The notes: generated from the letters alone by a model not told the origin. DNA of 64,000 nucleotides from Paludibacter sp. (GCA_037142715.1 JBAXAD010000003.1:738-64737), one strand, 5' to 3'; shown: positions 48,004-57,566, numbered from the stretch's first letter. Made by a program: numbers and translations.

Positions 48004-50481
48004 ATGAATAAAGAATTTAAAAAAATGTTTCCAATTCTGCGACAAAAAGCAGAAGAGTTGTTAAAGGCTGCTCCGGCTAAAAACACCGTTGCCCAGCTTT
48101 CTGAAGCCGAAGCTTTGAAACTTTTGCACGAATTGGAAGTATATGAAATTGAACTGGAAATGCAAACCAATGAGTTTGCAATTGCAAATGAGCTGTATTC
48201 CAATAACTTGAAATTGATGCAAGAACAGGCGATAAAAAATATTGAGTTGGAGATGCAGAAGGAAGCACTTGTGGAAGCAAAGTTGGAATTGTCGGAAACA
48301 GCAAAGCAATATGCTGAATTTTTTGACAATGCTGACACAGGTTTTTTTACACTAAGCCACGAAGGAGATATTTTGGAGTTAAATCTATACGGCGCACAGT
48401 TAATTGGAAAACCAAAAAACCATTTAATAAATGCACGTTTCGGCTTTTTTGTGTCTGAGTCTACAAAGTAGATTTTCAATAAGTTTATAGAGCAAATTTT
48501 TCAAAATTCCGAAAAGAAAACTTGCGAAGTTGAACTGATTACACCAGAAGGGATTTTAAGTATTTGTCAATTGATAGGCATTGCTTCAGAAAACTCAGTT
48601 AAATGTTTGTTGACAGTAAAAGATATTTCGCAACAGAAAAAATTTGAAGCAGCTTTTATTGCGGATAATTCTCGACTGGAATTGGCTATGGAGGCTGGAA
48701 AAATTGCATGGTGGGAAATGGAAACTCCTACTGGAAATATTACTTGCGACAACAGAAAAACAGCAATGCTTGGTTTTTCACCCGAAAATTTCACCCATTA
48801 TACCCATTATACAGCTTTGGTGCATCCCGAAGATGTGGAAAGAACAATGGAGGCAATGCGTCAACATATTTATGGAACCGCCAAAAAATATGAAGCTGAA
48901 TATAGAATTCGCACAGCTTCAGGTACTTATATTTGGACTTTGGATATGGGTTCAATTACTAAAAGAGACGAACAGGGTAAACCGTTGGTGGTTGCAGGAC
49001 TGGTAATAGATATAACCGAAAGAAAATTACAAGAAGCCATTAAAGGAGATGCGCTTCATCGCCTCCAAAAAATTGCGAGCTGTGTGCCAGGTGTAGTTTA
49101 TCAGTATAAATTACGACCAGACGGAACTTCATGTTTTCCATTTTCTAGTGAAGCATTGGCAAGCATTTATCGTGTTAATCCAAAAGATGTAATCGAAGAT
49201 GCATCCTCAGTTTTTAAAAATATTCACCCTGATGATCTTGAAGAAGTTACCGATACCATTCAGTATTCGGCAAAAAATTTAACCCAATGGCAACATGAAT
49301 ATCGGGTGAAATTTGATGATGGAACCGTTCGTCATCTTTTTGGAGATTCCATACCTCAACTTGAAGAAGATGGATCTGTGCTTTGGCATGGATATATTTC
49401 GGATATAACTGAAAGAAAGTTATTTGAACAGAAGCAAAGAGAATCAGACCAGCAATTTCGCGATATGTTTGAAAAAAATACAGCGGTAAAGTTAGTTGTA
49501 GATCCTGAAAGTGGCTCGATAATTAATGCAAATCTAGCTGCCGGAAAATTCTACGGCTATTCAATAAAACAGCTTGAAAACATGAATATTGATGAGATAA
49601 ATATACTCGATTTTACTCAAATTAGAAACAAAATGAGTATTGCCATCGATGGGAATTCTACTTGTTTTTATTTTCAACATCGATTGGCGTCTGGCGAAGT
49701 TCGTGATGTGGAAGTTTATTCTGGTCCTATTCAACTTGGCGGGAGAACAGTTCTTAATTCGATTGTACATGACATTACTGTACGGAAAAGAGCTGAAGAG
49801 GCTTTGAGATTGTCGCAAGAAGAACTGAAAAGGTTTGCCTCTCATTTACAACACATTCACGAGGAGGAAAGAGTATTGTTGGCACGCGAAATCCATGATG
49901 AACTTGCCCAGACTTTGATTGCTTTGAAAATTGACATGGGAATGTTGAAATCAAAAGTATTAAAAGATGCTGAAAATGTAGATGCAAACGATATATTGAT
50001 TAAATTTGACCAGCTTTTCGGATTGGTGAACAATACCATTAAAACCGCAGGCAGTATTATGACTGGCCTGAGACCGGAAGCTTTATATTTACTTGGGTTA
50101 GTAGAGGCTATATCGTTGTATGTCAATAAATTCAAATCCAAATACCAAATTGATTGTCAGTTTGAAAACTCAGTTTTTGAGCATGATATTAATCCACAGC
50201 AATCAATAGCGTTATTTCGGATTCTGCAAGAAGCACTCGAGAATGTGGCTCAACATGCAAAAGCTTCAAAGGTAGTTATCTATTTAAGTTTAGATAAGAA
50301 CAATTTAGTGATGGTAATTAATGATAATGGAATAGGTTTCAATAAATGTATGCATTTAAAATCAGAGACTTATGGAATTATTGGGATGAAAGAAAGAGCC
50401 CTATTTGTGAATGGGATTTTTTCTATTACAGCTATTTTGGGTCAAGGTACAACCATTAAAGTGGAAATACCACAACTATAA
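48004..50481 (+). pseudogene. HK5: ELEMQ coiled coil-4 PAS-HisKA_3-HATPase, interrupted by one in-frame TAG at 48469-48471
   Basis: Track ORFs 48004-48471 and 48571-50481 are in the same frame. Readthrough gives ...FVSESTK*IFNKFIEQIF...CLLTVKDI, colinear with HK4 ...FVSNNTKPFFQLFLDKVF...CLLTVVDI. H-box AREIHDELAQ. Confidence 0.85.
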
Positions 50482-50547
50482 AATTCACCCAGCTGTGTCT
50501 GAAATGGGATTATGGTAAATTAATAATTTAACTTCAAAAAAAATAAA

Positions 50548-51174
50548 ATGATTAAAATATTTCTTGTAGATGATCATGAAATCATGCGGAAATCATTAAA
50601 CTTGATTTTAAAAGACGAATCAGATATGATTATTGTTGGTGAAGCTTCCAATGGTTCCGAATTACTCGAAAAAATCAAAGAGATTCAATGTGATGTTTTA
50701 TTGTTAGATTTGAATATGCCCGGAATCGATGGAATTGAGCTAATTTCTGAGCTAATAAAACTTAAGCCAAAGCTTAAAATACTTGTCCTTAGCATACAAC
50801 CGGAAAAAAAATACGCACTTAAAGCCTTGAATGCAGGCGCATCTGGCTATATAAGTAAAGATACCGCACTGAATGAATTAGTGTATGCTTTAAGAAAAAT
50901 GGTAGCCAATGGAAGATATCTTAGTGCTAATTTTACTGAGCTTTTGGCATTTGGAGATATTAAATCTAATGTATTTGTCCCAAAACAACTTACTGATATT
51001 GAAACCAAAATAATGATTTCACTGGCTTCTGGAAAAAACGTTAGTGATATTGCTGAAAATATGTCTCTCAAAATCAGTTCAATATTATCACACAGACTTC
51101 GAATTTTCAAGAATCTTAATGTCAAAAACAATACCGAGTTAGCTCATTACGCTTTTGAAAATAAGCTTATGTAG
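50548..51174 (+). CDS. NarL/FixJ family response regulator 1 (REC + LuxR HTH)
   Basis: VDDHEI, LLDLNMPG, GASGYISKD and C-terminal LuxR-type HTH. Confidence 0.93.
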   Translation: MIKIFLVDDHEIMRKSLNLILKDESDMIIVGEASNGSELLEKIKEIQCDVLLLDLNMPGIDGIELISELIKLKPKLKILVLSIQPEKKYALKALNAGASGYISKDTALNELVYALRKMVANGRYLSANFTELLAFGDIKSNVFVPKQLTDIETKIMISLASGKNVSDIAENMSLKISSILSHRLRIFKNLNVKNNTELAHYAFENKLM

Positions 51175-51362
51175 CAAATTAGTAATTTTTTGTCAGATTT
51201 TTTTTGAAGTTCAGCACACAGATTATTCTGGACGAATTTGTTAACTGAAAGGTTTTTTTCTATATACTATTAAATCAGTACTTTGAAAAAAGCTTGATGC
51301 TATAAATTTAGTCAGCATTCCATTTTTTAAAATCTTTATTTTTTTGTAGCAATATATCTACA

Positions 51363-51370
51363 TATCTTTG
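51363..51370 (+). promoter_or_regulatory. Candidate sigma-A -7 element for response regulator 2
   Basis: TATCTTTG, immediately preceded by the inverted repeat TGTAG-N8-CTACA (51345-51362). Confidence 0.4.
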
Positions 51371-51591
51371 ATTAGCTAATGATTATATGAAAATTATTAC
51401 TACTTTTACATATTGTTTTTTTTATAGCAATTTTGGAATTTAAAAGATTAATCATTTTCATCTGATAAGTGTATTTTGCTTTTCGGGATTATTTTCAAAA
51501 AAGTATAAAAAAGGCTGATTTATAGCAGATTAACAATAAAATAAAAACATATTTTTCTCTGGAATTCCCGAGTATATTTAAAATAAGACTT

Positions 51592-52230
51592 ATGATAAAA
51601 GTATTCATTGTAGACGATCATGAAATCATTCGTGAAGGATTAAAGAAAATTCTAAAAGAAGAATCAGATTTAATAGTAGTAGGTGAAGCCCAAAATGGAG
51701 CTGATGTACTTGAGAAAATGCAAGCACTTGATTTTGAGTGTGATGTGATGGTACTTGATATGAATATGCCAGGAAAAAGTGGCATTGAACTTCTCACCGA
51801 CCTCAAAAACATGAAACCACAGCTTCACATTTTGGTGTTAAGCATACATCCCGAAGACAAGTTTGCTTTGCGCACTCTAAAGGCAGGTGCTTCTGGTTAT
51901 CTATGCAAAGATACCGCTCTGGAAGAGCTGGTGGTTGCCATTCGGAAAATCTATTCCAAAGGCAGGTATTTAAGCACCACTTTAGCCGAACAATTGGCAT
52001 TTGATATTATGCCTGTAACCAATTCATTACCACACGAACAACTTTCAAATCGCGAATTGGAAATTATGTTTATGCTTGTTTCGGGCAAAAAGGTAAAAGA
52101 CATTGCAGCCGATTTGGGTTTAAGTATAAGTACCATATTTACTTATCGTGTAAGGATTTTTGAGAAGTTGAAAATCAAAAATAATGTTGAATTGACACAT
52201 TATGCTATGATCAATAAACTGATTGAGTAG
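51592..52230 (+). CDS. NarL/FixJ family response regulator 2 (REC + LuxR HTH)
   Basis: VDDHEIIREG, LDMNMPG, GASGYLCKD and LSNRELEI...LSISTIFTYRVRIFEKL. Confidence 0.95.
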   Translation: MIKVFIVDDHEIIREGLKKILKEESDLIVVGEAQNGADVLEKMQALDFECDVMVLDMNMPGKSGIELLTDLKNMKPQLHILVLSIHPEDKFALRTLKAGASGYLCKDTALEELVVAIRKIYSKGRYLSTTLAEQLAFDIMPVTNSLPHEQLSNRELEIMFMLVSGKKVKDIAADLGLSISTIFTYRVRIFEKLKIKNNVELTHYAMINKLIE

Positions 52231-52252
52231 TATCTGAAATAATATATTCTAC

Positions 52253-52287
52253 AAAAAGATGATGGGTTTTTCCTATCATCTTTTTTT
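52253..52287 (+). terminator. Intrinsic terminator ending the signalling island
   Basis: AAAAAGATGATGGG/CCTATCATCTTTTT stem with T tail. Confidence 0.7.
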
Positions 52288-52301
52288 GTCTGCGCTCCGC
52301 T

Positions 52302-52333
52302 CCGCTCAACCGCTTTAAGCGGTTTGTCGGATA
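52302..52333. repeat. Isolated REP-B hairpin copy
   Basis: CCGCTCAACCGCTTTAAGCGGTTTGTCGGATA, nearly identical to the REP-B at 30270. Confidence 0.85.
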
Positions 52334-52402
52334 ATGTAAACATGCATTTTAAATCTCATAGTATTGATACAGAGCTGATAATTTCACTTCAATTATTTTT
52401 TG

Positions 52403-52410
52403 TACCTTTG
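52403..52410 (+). promoter_or_regulatory. Sigma-A -7 element for ychF
   Basis: TACCTTTG(C) about 120 nt upstream of the ATG. Confidence 0.55.
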
Positions 52411-52529
52411 CACTTCAAAAAATTTTAAACCGATTTTGTAAATCAAAATTTTACAAGTTTGTTTGATATGAAATGTTCAAACTTTTCAATCCCGAAAGCT
52501 ATCGGGACAAACTCTTCAAATAAAAATAT

Positions 52530-53630
52530 ATGGCTCTTCAATGTGGTATCGTTGGTTTACCCAATGTAGGTAAATCTACGCTATTCAACTGTTTATCAAA
52601 TGCTAAAGCTCAAGCAGCTAATTTTCCATTCTGTACAATAGAACCCAACGTGGGCGTAATTACGGTTCCCGATGAGCGATTGAATAAATTGGCCGAATTG
52701 GTACATCCCAATCGTATTGTGCCTACCACTGTTGAAATTGTTGATATTGCAGGATTGGTAAAAGGAGCCAGCAAAGGCGAGGGATTGGGTAATAAATTCC
52801 TTGCCAACATACGCGAAACTGATGCCATTTTGCACGTATTGCGTTGTTTCGACGATGAAAATATCACCCACGTGGATGGCAGTATAAATCCGGTGCGCGA
52901 CAAAGAAATTATAGATACCGAGTTGCAGCTCAAAGACTTGGAGACTGTAGAAAGCCGCATGGTGAAAACCCAAAAACAAGCCAAAACTGGTGGTGATAAA
53001 CAAGCGCAGGCGGCTTATGACATTATGGTTCAATACCGCGACGCATTGCTGCAAGGAAAATCGGCCAGAACTGTAGTGCTTGACAAAGAGCAAAAGAAAC
53101 TGGTCAGTGATTTATATCTACTTACGGATAAACCAGTTATGTATGTTTGCAATGTTGACGAAGCTTCGGCCGTAAATGGAAATGCGTATGTGGATGCGCT
53201 ACGAGCTTCTGTAAAAGAAGAAAATGCTGAAATCTTGGTCGTTGCGGCCGCTACCGAAGCAGATATTGCGGAATTGGAAACTTACGAAGAACGCCAAATG
53301 TTTCTGGAAGAAGCTGGATTGACCGAATCGGGTGTATCGCGCTTGATACGAGCTGCTTATCACTTGCTCGACTTACAAACTTATTTTACATGCGGTGTGC
53401 AGGAAGTACGTGCCTGGACATTTGGTAGAGGCTGGAAAGCGCCTCAAACTGCGGCAGTTATTCATACGGATTTCGAAAAAGGATTTATCCGCGCCGAAGT
53501 AATTAAGTACCTTGACTTTATAACTTTAGGTTCTGAAGCTGCTTGTAAAGAAGCCGGAAAAATGAACGTGGAAGGAAAAGAATATGTGGTACAAGATGGT
53601 GATATAATGCATTTTAGATTTAATGTTTAG
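52530..53630 (+). CDS. ychF: Redox-regulated ATPase YchF
   Basis: GIVGLPNVGKST, NFPFCTIEPN, DIAGLVKGASKGEGLGNKFL and HTDFEKGFIRAE motifs. Confidence 0.98.
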   Translation: MALQCGIVGLPNVGKSTLFNCLSNAKAQAANFPFCTIEPNVGVITVPDERLNKLAELVHPNRIVPTTVEIVDIAGLVKGASKGEGLGNKFLANIRETDAILHVLRCFDDENITHVDGSINPVRDKEIIDTELQLKDLETVESRMVKTQKQAKTGGDKQAQAAYDIMVQYRDALLQGKSARTVVLDKEQKKLVSDLYLLTDKPVMYVCNVDEASAVNGNAYVDALRASVKEENAEILVVAAATEADIAELETYEERQMFLEEAGLTESGVSRLIRAAYHLLDLQTYFTCGVQEVRAWTFGRGWKAPQTAAVIHTDFEKGFIRAEVIKYLDFITLGSEAACKEAGKMNVEGKEYVVQDGDIMHFRFNV

Positions 53631-53662
53631 AAAATAATTTATTCAAAAATAGATGAATATTC

Positions 53663-53704
53663 AAAAAAAAAGGTCTGTCGTTTATATCGACAGACCTTTT
53701 TTTT
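53663..53704. terminator. Bidirectional intrinsic terminator
   Basis: A9-GGTCTGTCG-loop-CGACAGACC-T8 between convergent genes. Confidence 0.85.
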
Positions 53705-53725
53705 AAAATCAAAATCATTTTCAAT

Positions 53726-54592
53726 TTATTTTTTCAAAGTAATCTCTTTGGTTACGCCATTGATGGTAACCGTGGCTATTGCATCTTTGGTTCCATTGCC
53801 ATAATCGAGCAAAGCGGTTCTCTTTTCGGTAGTAATAACCACTGCACCGCTAACAAAATATTTCCAACCTCCAATGATTGTGAGTGGTTTAGCAGCATCA
53901 ATTTCCATGGTATAAGCTACACCTTTAGCATTTACACCATTGGAATTGCCAGAAATTGCATAAGTATCATCCCAATAAATTAGTGGAGTGCTGTTGTTGC
54001 TAATGCGGGTGCGAGTGCGACTAGAGTTCCAAGTTACTATAGTGCCATCTGTACGTGTGATGGTATCTTTTGCAACTATGCTCCAATTAGGATTTCCAGC
54101 CGTTTCGCCATTAAATGTTACAACTTTAAAACCTTTTACTGAGTTGTCATTTACGAAGAAATTTGAAAATTGAAATGTGCGGGTTGATCCTGCAATTATC
54201 ATGCGATTGCTAACCGTAATATATAGTTTTCCTTTCAGTACATTTCCACGTTTATCAGTGAAACCTGTTGTTCCAAAATCAATAGTGATTTTTTTAGGAA
54301 AAACCGTTAATCCGGTTTTGTCGATAGTTACAATTACGGAGTCGGCAGCAGTAACGCCACTTACTCTTTGGGAGGCACTTACTTGTTGATAGCCACTTAG
54401 TTCGGACGCATTTACATAGTCGTCAACAGTGCTAATAACTTGGTCATTTACAGTTGAAGCTTGGGCTTCGTCCGATGCTGTTTCGGCGATTGAAGCATCC
54501 GTTCCGGTAAATTCATCTGAACTTTTGCAAGATACAAAGGAAACAAGGCTGAATGAAATGGCGAAAATGGCCAATAAATTTACTTTTTTCAT
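53726..54592 (-). CDS. Lipoprotein of unknown function
   Basis: Lipobox FVSC followed by KSSDE; beta-rich body (ITIDFG..G...G..LKG). Confidence 0.78.
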   Translation of the reverse strand: MKKVNLLAIFAISFSLVSFVSCKSSDEFTGTDASIAETASDEAQASTVNDQVISTVDDYVNASELSGYQQVSASQRVSGVTAADSVIVTIDKTGLTVFPKKITIDFGTTGFTDKRGNVLKGKLYITVSNRMIIAGSTRTFQFSNFFVNDNSVKGFKVVTFNGETAGNPNWSIVAKDTITRTDGTIVTWNSSRTRTRISNNSTPLIYWDDTYAISGNSNGVNAKGVAYTMEIDAAKPLTIIGGWKYFVSGAVVITTEKRTALLDYGNGTKDAIATVTINGVTKEITLKK

Positions 54593-54706
54593 GATGATTA
54601 ATTTTTAATGTTATTTTTTAGAATGAGTTATTTATTTCATATATTATTAAGACAAACAACAAGAAAGATACCACTACTCGTATTTGATTTTTCTTTGAAA
54701 AAAACC

Positions 54707-55834
54707 TTAACTCTTTGGAAATAAGAGGTTTTTCAAATCAACTTTTATTCCTACAGATACTCCAACTGCAACCAGCATTCCTAGGTCGGTAGTGGAATCA
54801 GAACTTATATAGCTCGATTTTATCAAATGTAAAATTGGACCACCCGAGATTTTGAAACTTTTTCCAATTCGATAATTCAAAATGGGGGAGAATTGAGTAT
54901 TTGATGCTCGTACATCTAATAAATAGGTTTTTCCGGCATAAAGTGAATTTCTCAACAGGTCAAAATCAATACTAAAATGATTGTTCAACTTTACGTTCAC
55001 ACCAGCGCCAATGCCTAATAAATACGATTTGTTATAATCTGATGCTATTGAAAGTATTGAATATGCATTATAAAGTCCAGTACGAATTGAAATTGCCCCC
55101 AATTTCTTATTAAACGACATTCCAACTTCCCAAAATCCATTCTTTTTTAGGAATTCACCAAAATTTTTTTTAACCCCCAGCGTGTCAATTACATTCTTTA
55201 AACCCGACTGGGAATTAGTAATTAGTATTTCATTCGTTTTTTTCGGATTTATATTTTCTTGATTTTGAGTGACTTGTTTCGTTTCAGCTGTATCTTTCGA
55301 CTCTAATTTGATTAAACTTGTATTTTCAGAAATTAAATTTGGCACTGCATCTTCCTCTTTCTGTTTAATGTCAACTAAATCCGAATTATCAGCTATTGGT
55401 GGTAATACGAGGCGTTCCTTTGTGGGGCTATTATCAATTTTACCTGCCATTTTTTGATTCAGATTGAATAATTTTGCTGATTTCTCTAAGCTTTTTTCAA
55501 TTTTTATATCACTTTTATCAGCAAACCTTTTCAAAACAATATATTTTCCATTTGTTTTAATATGAATGCCTTTGGGTAAAATCTTTATTAATGCTGATTG
55601 AAGACTGAGTTTTGTATTGGATGAAAAATTGATGATCTGTTTTTCCCCAATTAGTGTTGCCTCGTAAGAAAAAATGCAGCCTGTTTGGTTGCTTAATAGG
55701 TTAAGTGCCTCTTTGATTGTTCTTTGTCCTGATTGCAGGTTTACTTCTTTGTCCAAATACGAGTTTTCAGCTTTCAGATGAAATGTGGACATCAGAAAAA
55801 ATAAAACAACATAACTCATTGTCAATCTATTCAT
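54707..55834 (-). CDS. STN-domain protein with charged linker and small C-terminal beta-barrel-like domain
   Basis: Signal peptide; STN-like LDKEVNL...TIKEALNLLSNQTGCIFSY...LQSALIKIL; about 140-aa amphipathic beta C-terminus. Start overlaps the fecR stop. Confidence 0.65.
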   Translation of the reverse strand: MNRLTMSYVVLFFLMSTFHLKAENSYLDKEVNLQSGQRTIKEALNLLSNQTGCIFSYEATLIGEKQIINFSSNTKLSLQSALIKILPKGIHIKTNGKYIVLKRFADKSDIKIEKSLEKSAKLFNLNQKMAGKIDNSPTKERLVLPPIADNSDLVDIKQKEEDAVPNLISENTSLIKLESKDTAETKQVTQNQENINPKKTNEILITNSQSGLKNVIDTLGVKKNFGEFLKKNGFWEVGMSFNKKLGAISIRTGLYNAYSILSIASDYNKSYLLGIGAGVNVKLNNHFSIDFDLLRNSLYAGKTYLLDVRASNTQFSPILNYRIGKSFKISGGPILHLIKSSYISSDSTTDLGMLVAVGVSVGIKVDLKNLLFPKS

Positions 55835-56844
55835 TTATCAGTTCTAATAATTTGATTACTCAACTCAAAATTATTCGCCTCTTTTTTGAGTTTTAAATTC
55901 AAGGTTTCCGCTATTATTTGCAGCACGACATTCACATCTTCGCCATCGAAATTCACCGTAATTTTTCTTTGACCAATGGAAGCATCTTCAAGCTTAATTT
56001 TCACATTATAAGCATTACAAATAACTGCTATGGCATCTTTGAGCATCATTCCCTGAAATTCAATGTGCATTGATCCAACTTCAGCTTTTTTATCCAATTT
56101 TTGAGCTAGAACCTGAAAAGTCTTGCTCTGTTTGTTGTAAGTTCCTGTTTCATTTGAATTTAGCGTTATTCCATTGTCGTTTTTTGTGTAAAACCGAACA
56201 GAGCCTTTGCTCACTTTTACACTGATAAAGTTGCTGTCGGGGTAGGCAGTCACCGCAAATACAGTTCCAATGTCCTCAATAAATGTTTCGTTGGCCTGAA
56301 TCTGCAAAGTTCCTTTGCCCGTGTGACCAACCGTGAAGTTCGCTTCGCCCTCCAATCGGATCACTTTATTCTTTTTTCCAAAGTTTGAACTGTAAGTGAT
56401 TTTGCTGTTTTTCGATAATTTTACTTGTGTTTTATCGGGCAAAATGCTTTCCTTTAAGGCCATTTGTGTGGCCAGAACCATTTCGTGTTCTGACAAAAAG
56501 ACTTTCCAACCGCCATAAGACAATATCATAAATATAGCGATGCTTGCAGCTTGATACATCCACTTTTTATAGAATGGTTTGTGTTTAATCTCAAATTTTG
56601 GCAATTCTTGAATGTCATTGTGCATAGACATGTATGCCAGAAATTTTGACTTTGCAGCCTGGGTGTTTGGTTTTGGTGTGTTGCGTTGATTGGTGGTCAG
56701 TTTTTCATACAAATCTGTAGTTTGATCAAAAACTTGTTGGTTTTCTGGCGATTCGGAAATCCAATTCTCCAATGCCTTCATGTCATCCTCAGAGGCATTT
56801 CCACCAAAATATCGTGCCAATATATTATCTATTTCTATTTTCAT
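55831..56844 (-). CDS. FecR-family anti-sigma factor
   Basis: N-terminal W-containing helix bundle, one TM helix, LPDKTQVKLSKNSKI, LEGEANF, IGTVFAV and DUF4974-like C-terminus. Confidence 0.9.
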   Translation of the reverse strand: MKIEIDNILARYFGGNASEDDMKALENWISESPENQQVFDQTTDLYEKLTTNQRNTPKPNTQAAKSKFLAYMSMHNDIQELPKFEIKHKPFYKKWMYQAASIAIFMILSYGGWKVFLSEHEMVLATQMALKESILPDKTQVKLSKNSKITYSSNFGKKNKVIRLEGEANFTVGHTGKGTLQIQANETFIEDIGTVFAVTAYPDSNFISVKVSKGSVRFYTKNDNGITLNSNETGTYNKQSKTFQVLAQKLDKKAEVGSMHIEFQGMMLKDAIAVICNAYNVKIKLEDASIGQRKITVNFDGEDVNVVLQIIAETLNLKLKKEANNFELSNQIIRTDK

Positions 56845-56850
56845 GGCTTA

Positions 56851-57411
56851 CTATTTTAGCAATTGGAGGATTAAACACAATAATAAAAATTCTTTTAACT
56901 CTACACGAAGGATTTTGAGCGCCTTGGAAACGTGATTTTCTACCGTATTGGTTGAAATATTTAATTCCTTTGCTATCTCCGAATAGGACAATTGATCCAT
57001 TCTGCTCATTTCGAAAACACGCCGGCATTGCAGCGGCAAAGCTGTAAGTGCCTTGTCAATAGCTAGTTGTAAATCATTGGCTGTAATTTGTTCTGCTACA
57101 GAATTGTCAGCTTCGTTCATCGTTGAAATATAATTCAAATTATGTTCCTGATGACTTGTTTTTTGATGAACTGTGTTCAAACTTTCGTTGTGAACAATCC
57201 GATACAAATATGAATTGATGGAACTTTTAATATTCAAGTTCTCGCGTTGATCCCATAATTTGCAGAACGTTTTTTGAACCACATCTTCTGCATCGTCCAT
57301 ATCCCTTAAAATAGAAAATGCATATCTACAAAGCGGCTCGTACCAACTATCAAATAGTTGTTCATATGCCAAATGATTTCCCTCATTTAATGCCTTTATC
57401 GTGTCTATCAT
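56851..57411 (-). CDS. ECF sigma-70 factor (Bacteroidetes expansion family)
   Basis: AEDVVQKTFCKLW, SYLYRIVHN, CRRVFEMSR and LSYSEIAKELNISTNTVENHVSKAL. ATG at 57411 preferred to the track start at 57444. Confidence 0.93.
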   Translation of the reverse strand: MIDTIKALNEGNHLAYEQLFDSWYEPLCRYAFSILRDMDDAEDVVQKTFCKLWDQRENLNIKSSINSYLYRIVHNESLNTVHQKTSHQEHNLNYISTMNEADNSVAEQITANDLQLAIDKALTALPLQCRRVFEMSRMDQLSYSEIAKELNISTNTVENHVSKALKILRVELKEFLLLCLILQLLK

Positions 57412-57441
57412 ATTTTTATTATAACCAATAAAACAGAACGA

Positions 57442-57449
57442 CAAAGATA
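57442..57449 (-). promoter_or_regulatory. Sigma-A -7 element for ECF sigma operon
   Basis: TATCTTTG on the minus strand, 31 nt upstream of the ATG at 57411. Confidence 0.55.
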
Positions 57450-57566
57450 TAAATTAAGTTGTAATATTTTCTTCGATTTATTGCTTCTAATTATAGGACA
57501 AATAAATTGATTCAAACCACTATTAAAAGAATAAATAAGCATTAGATTTAACTATCGCAAACCAAT

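Noticed and set aside
48469-48471. Pyrrolysine or genome-wide TAG reassignment
   Set aside because: TAG terminates several full-length genes here (ends at 2108, 6146, 40366, 47874, 51174, 52230), and no pyl genes or suppressor tRNA are visible.
54640-54680. Possible ECF promoter (GAGTAG...TGTCTTA, minus strand) upstream of the lipoprotein
   Set aside because: Spacing is atypical and there is no second copy in the window to corroborate it.
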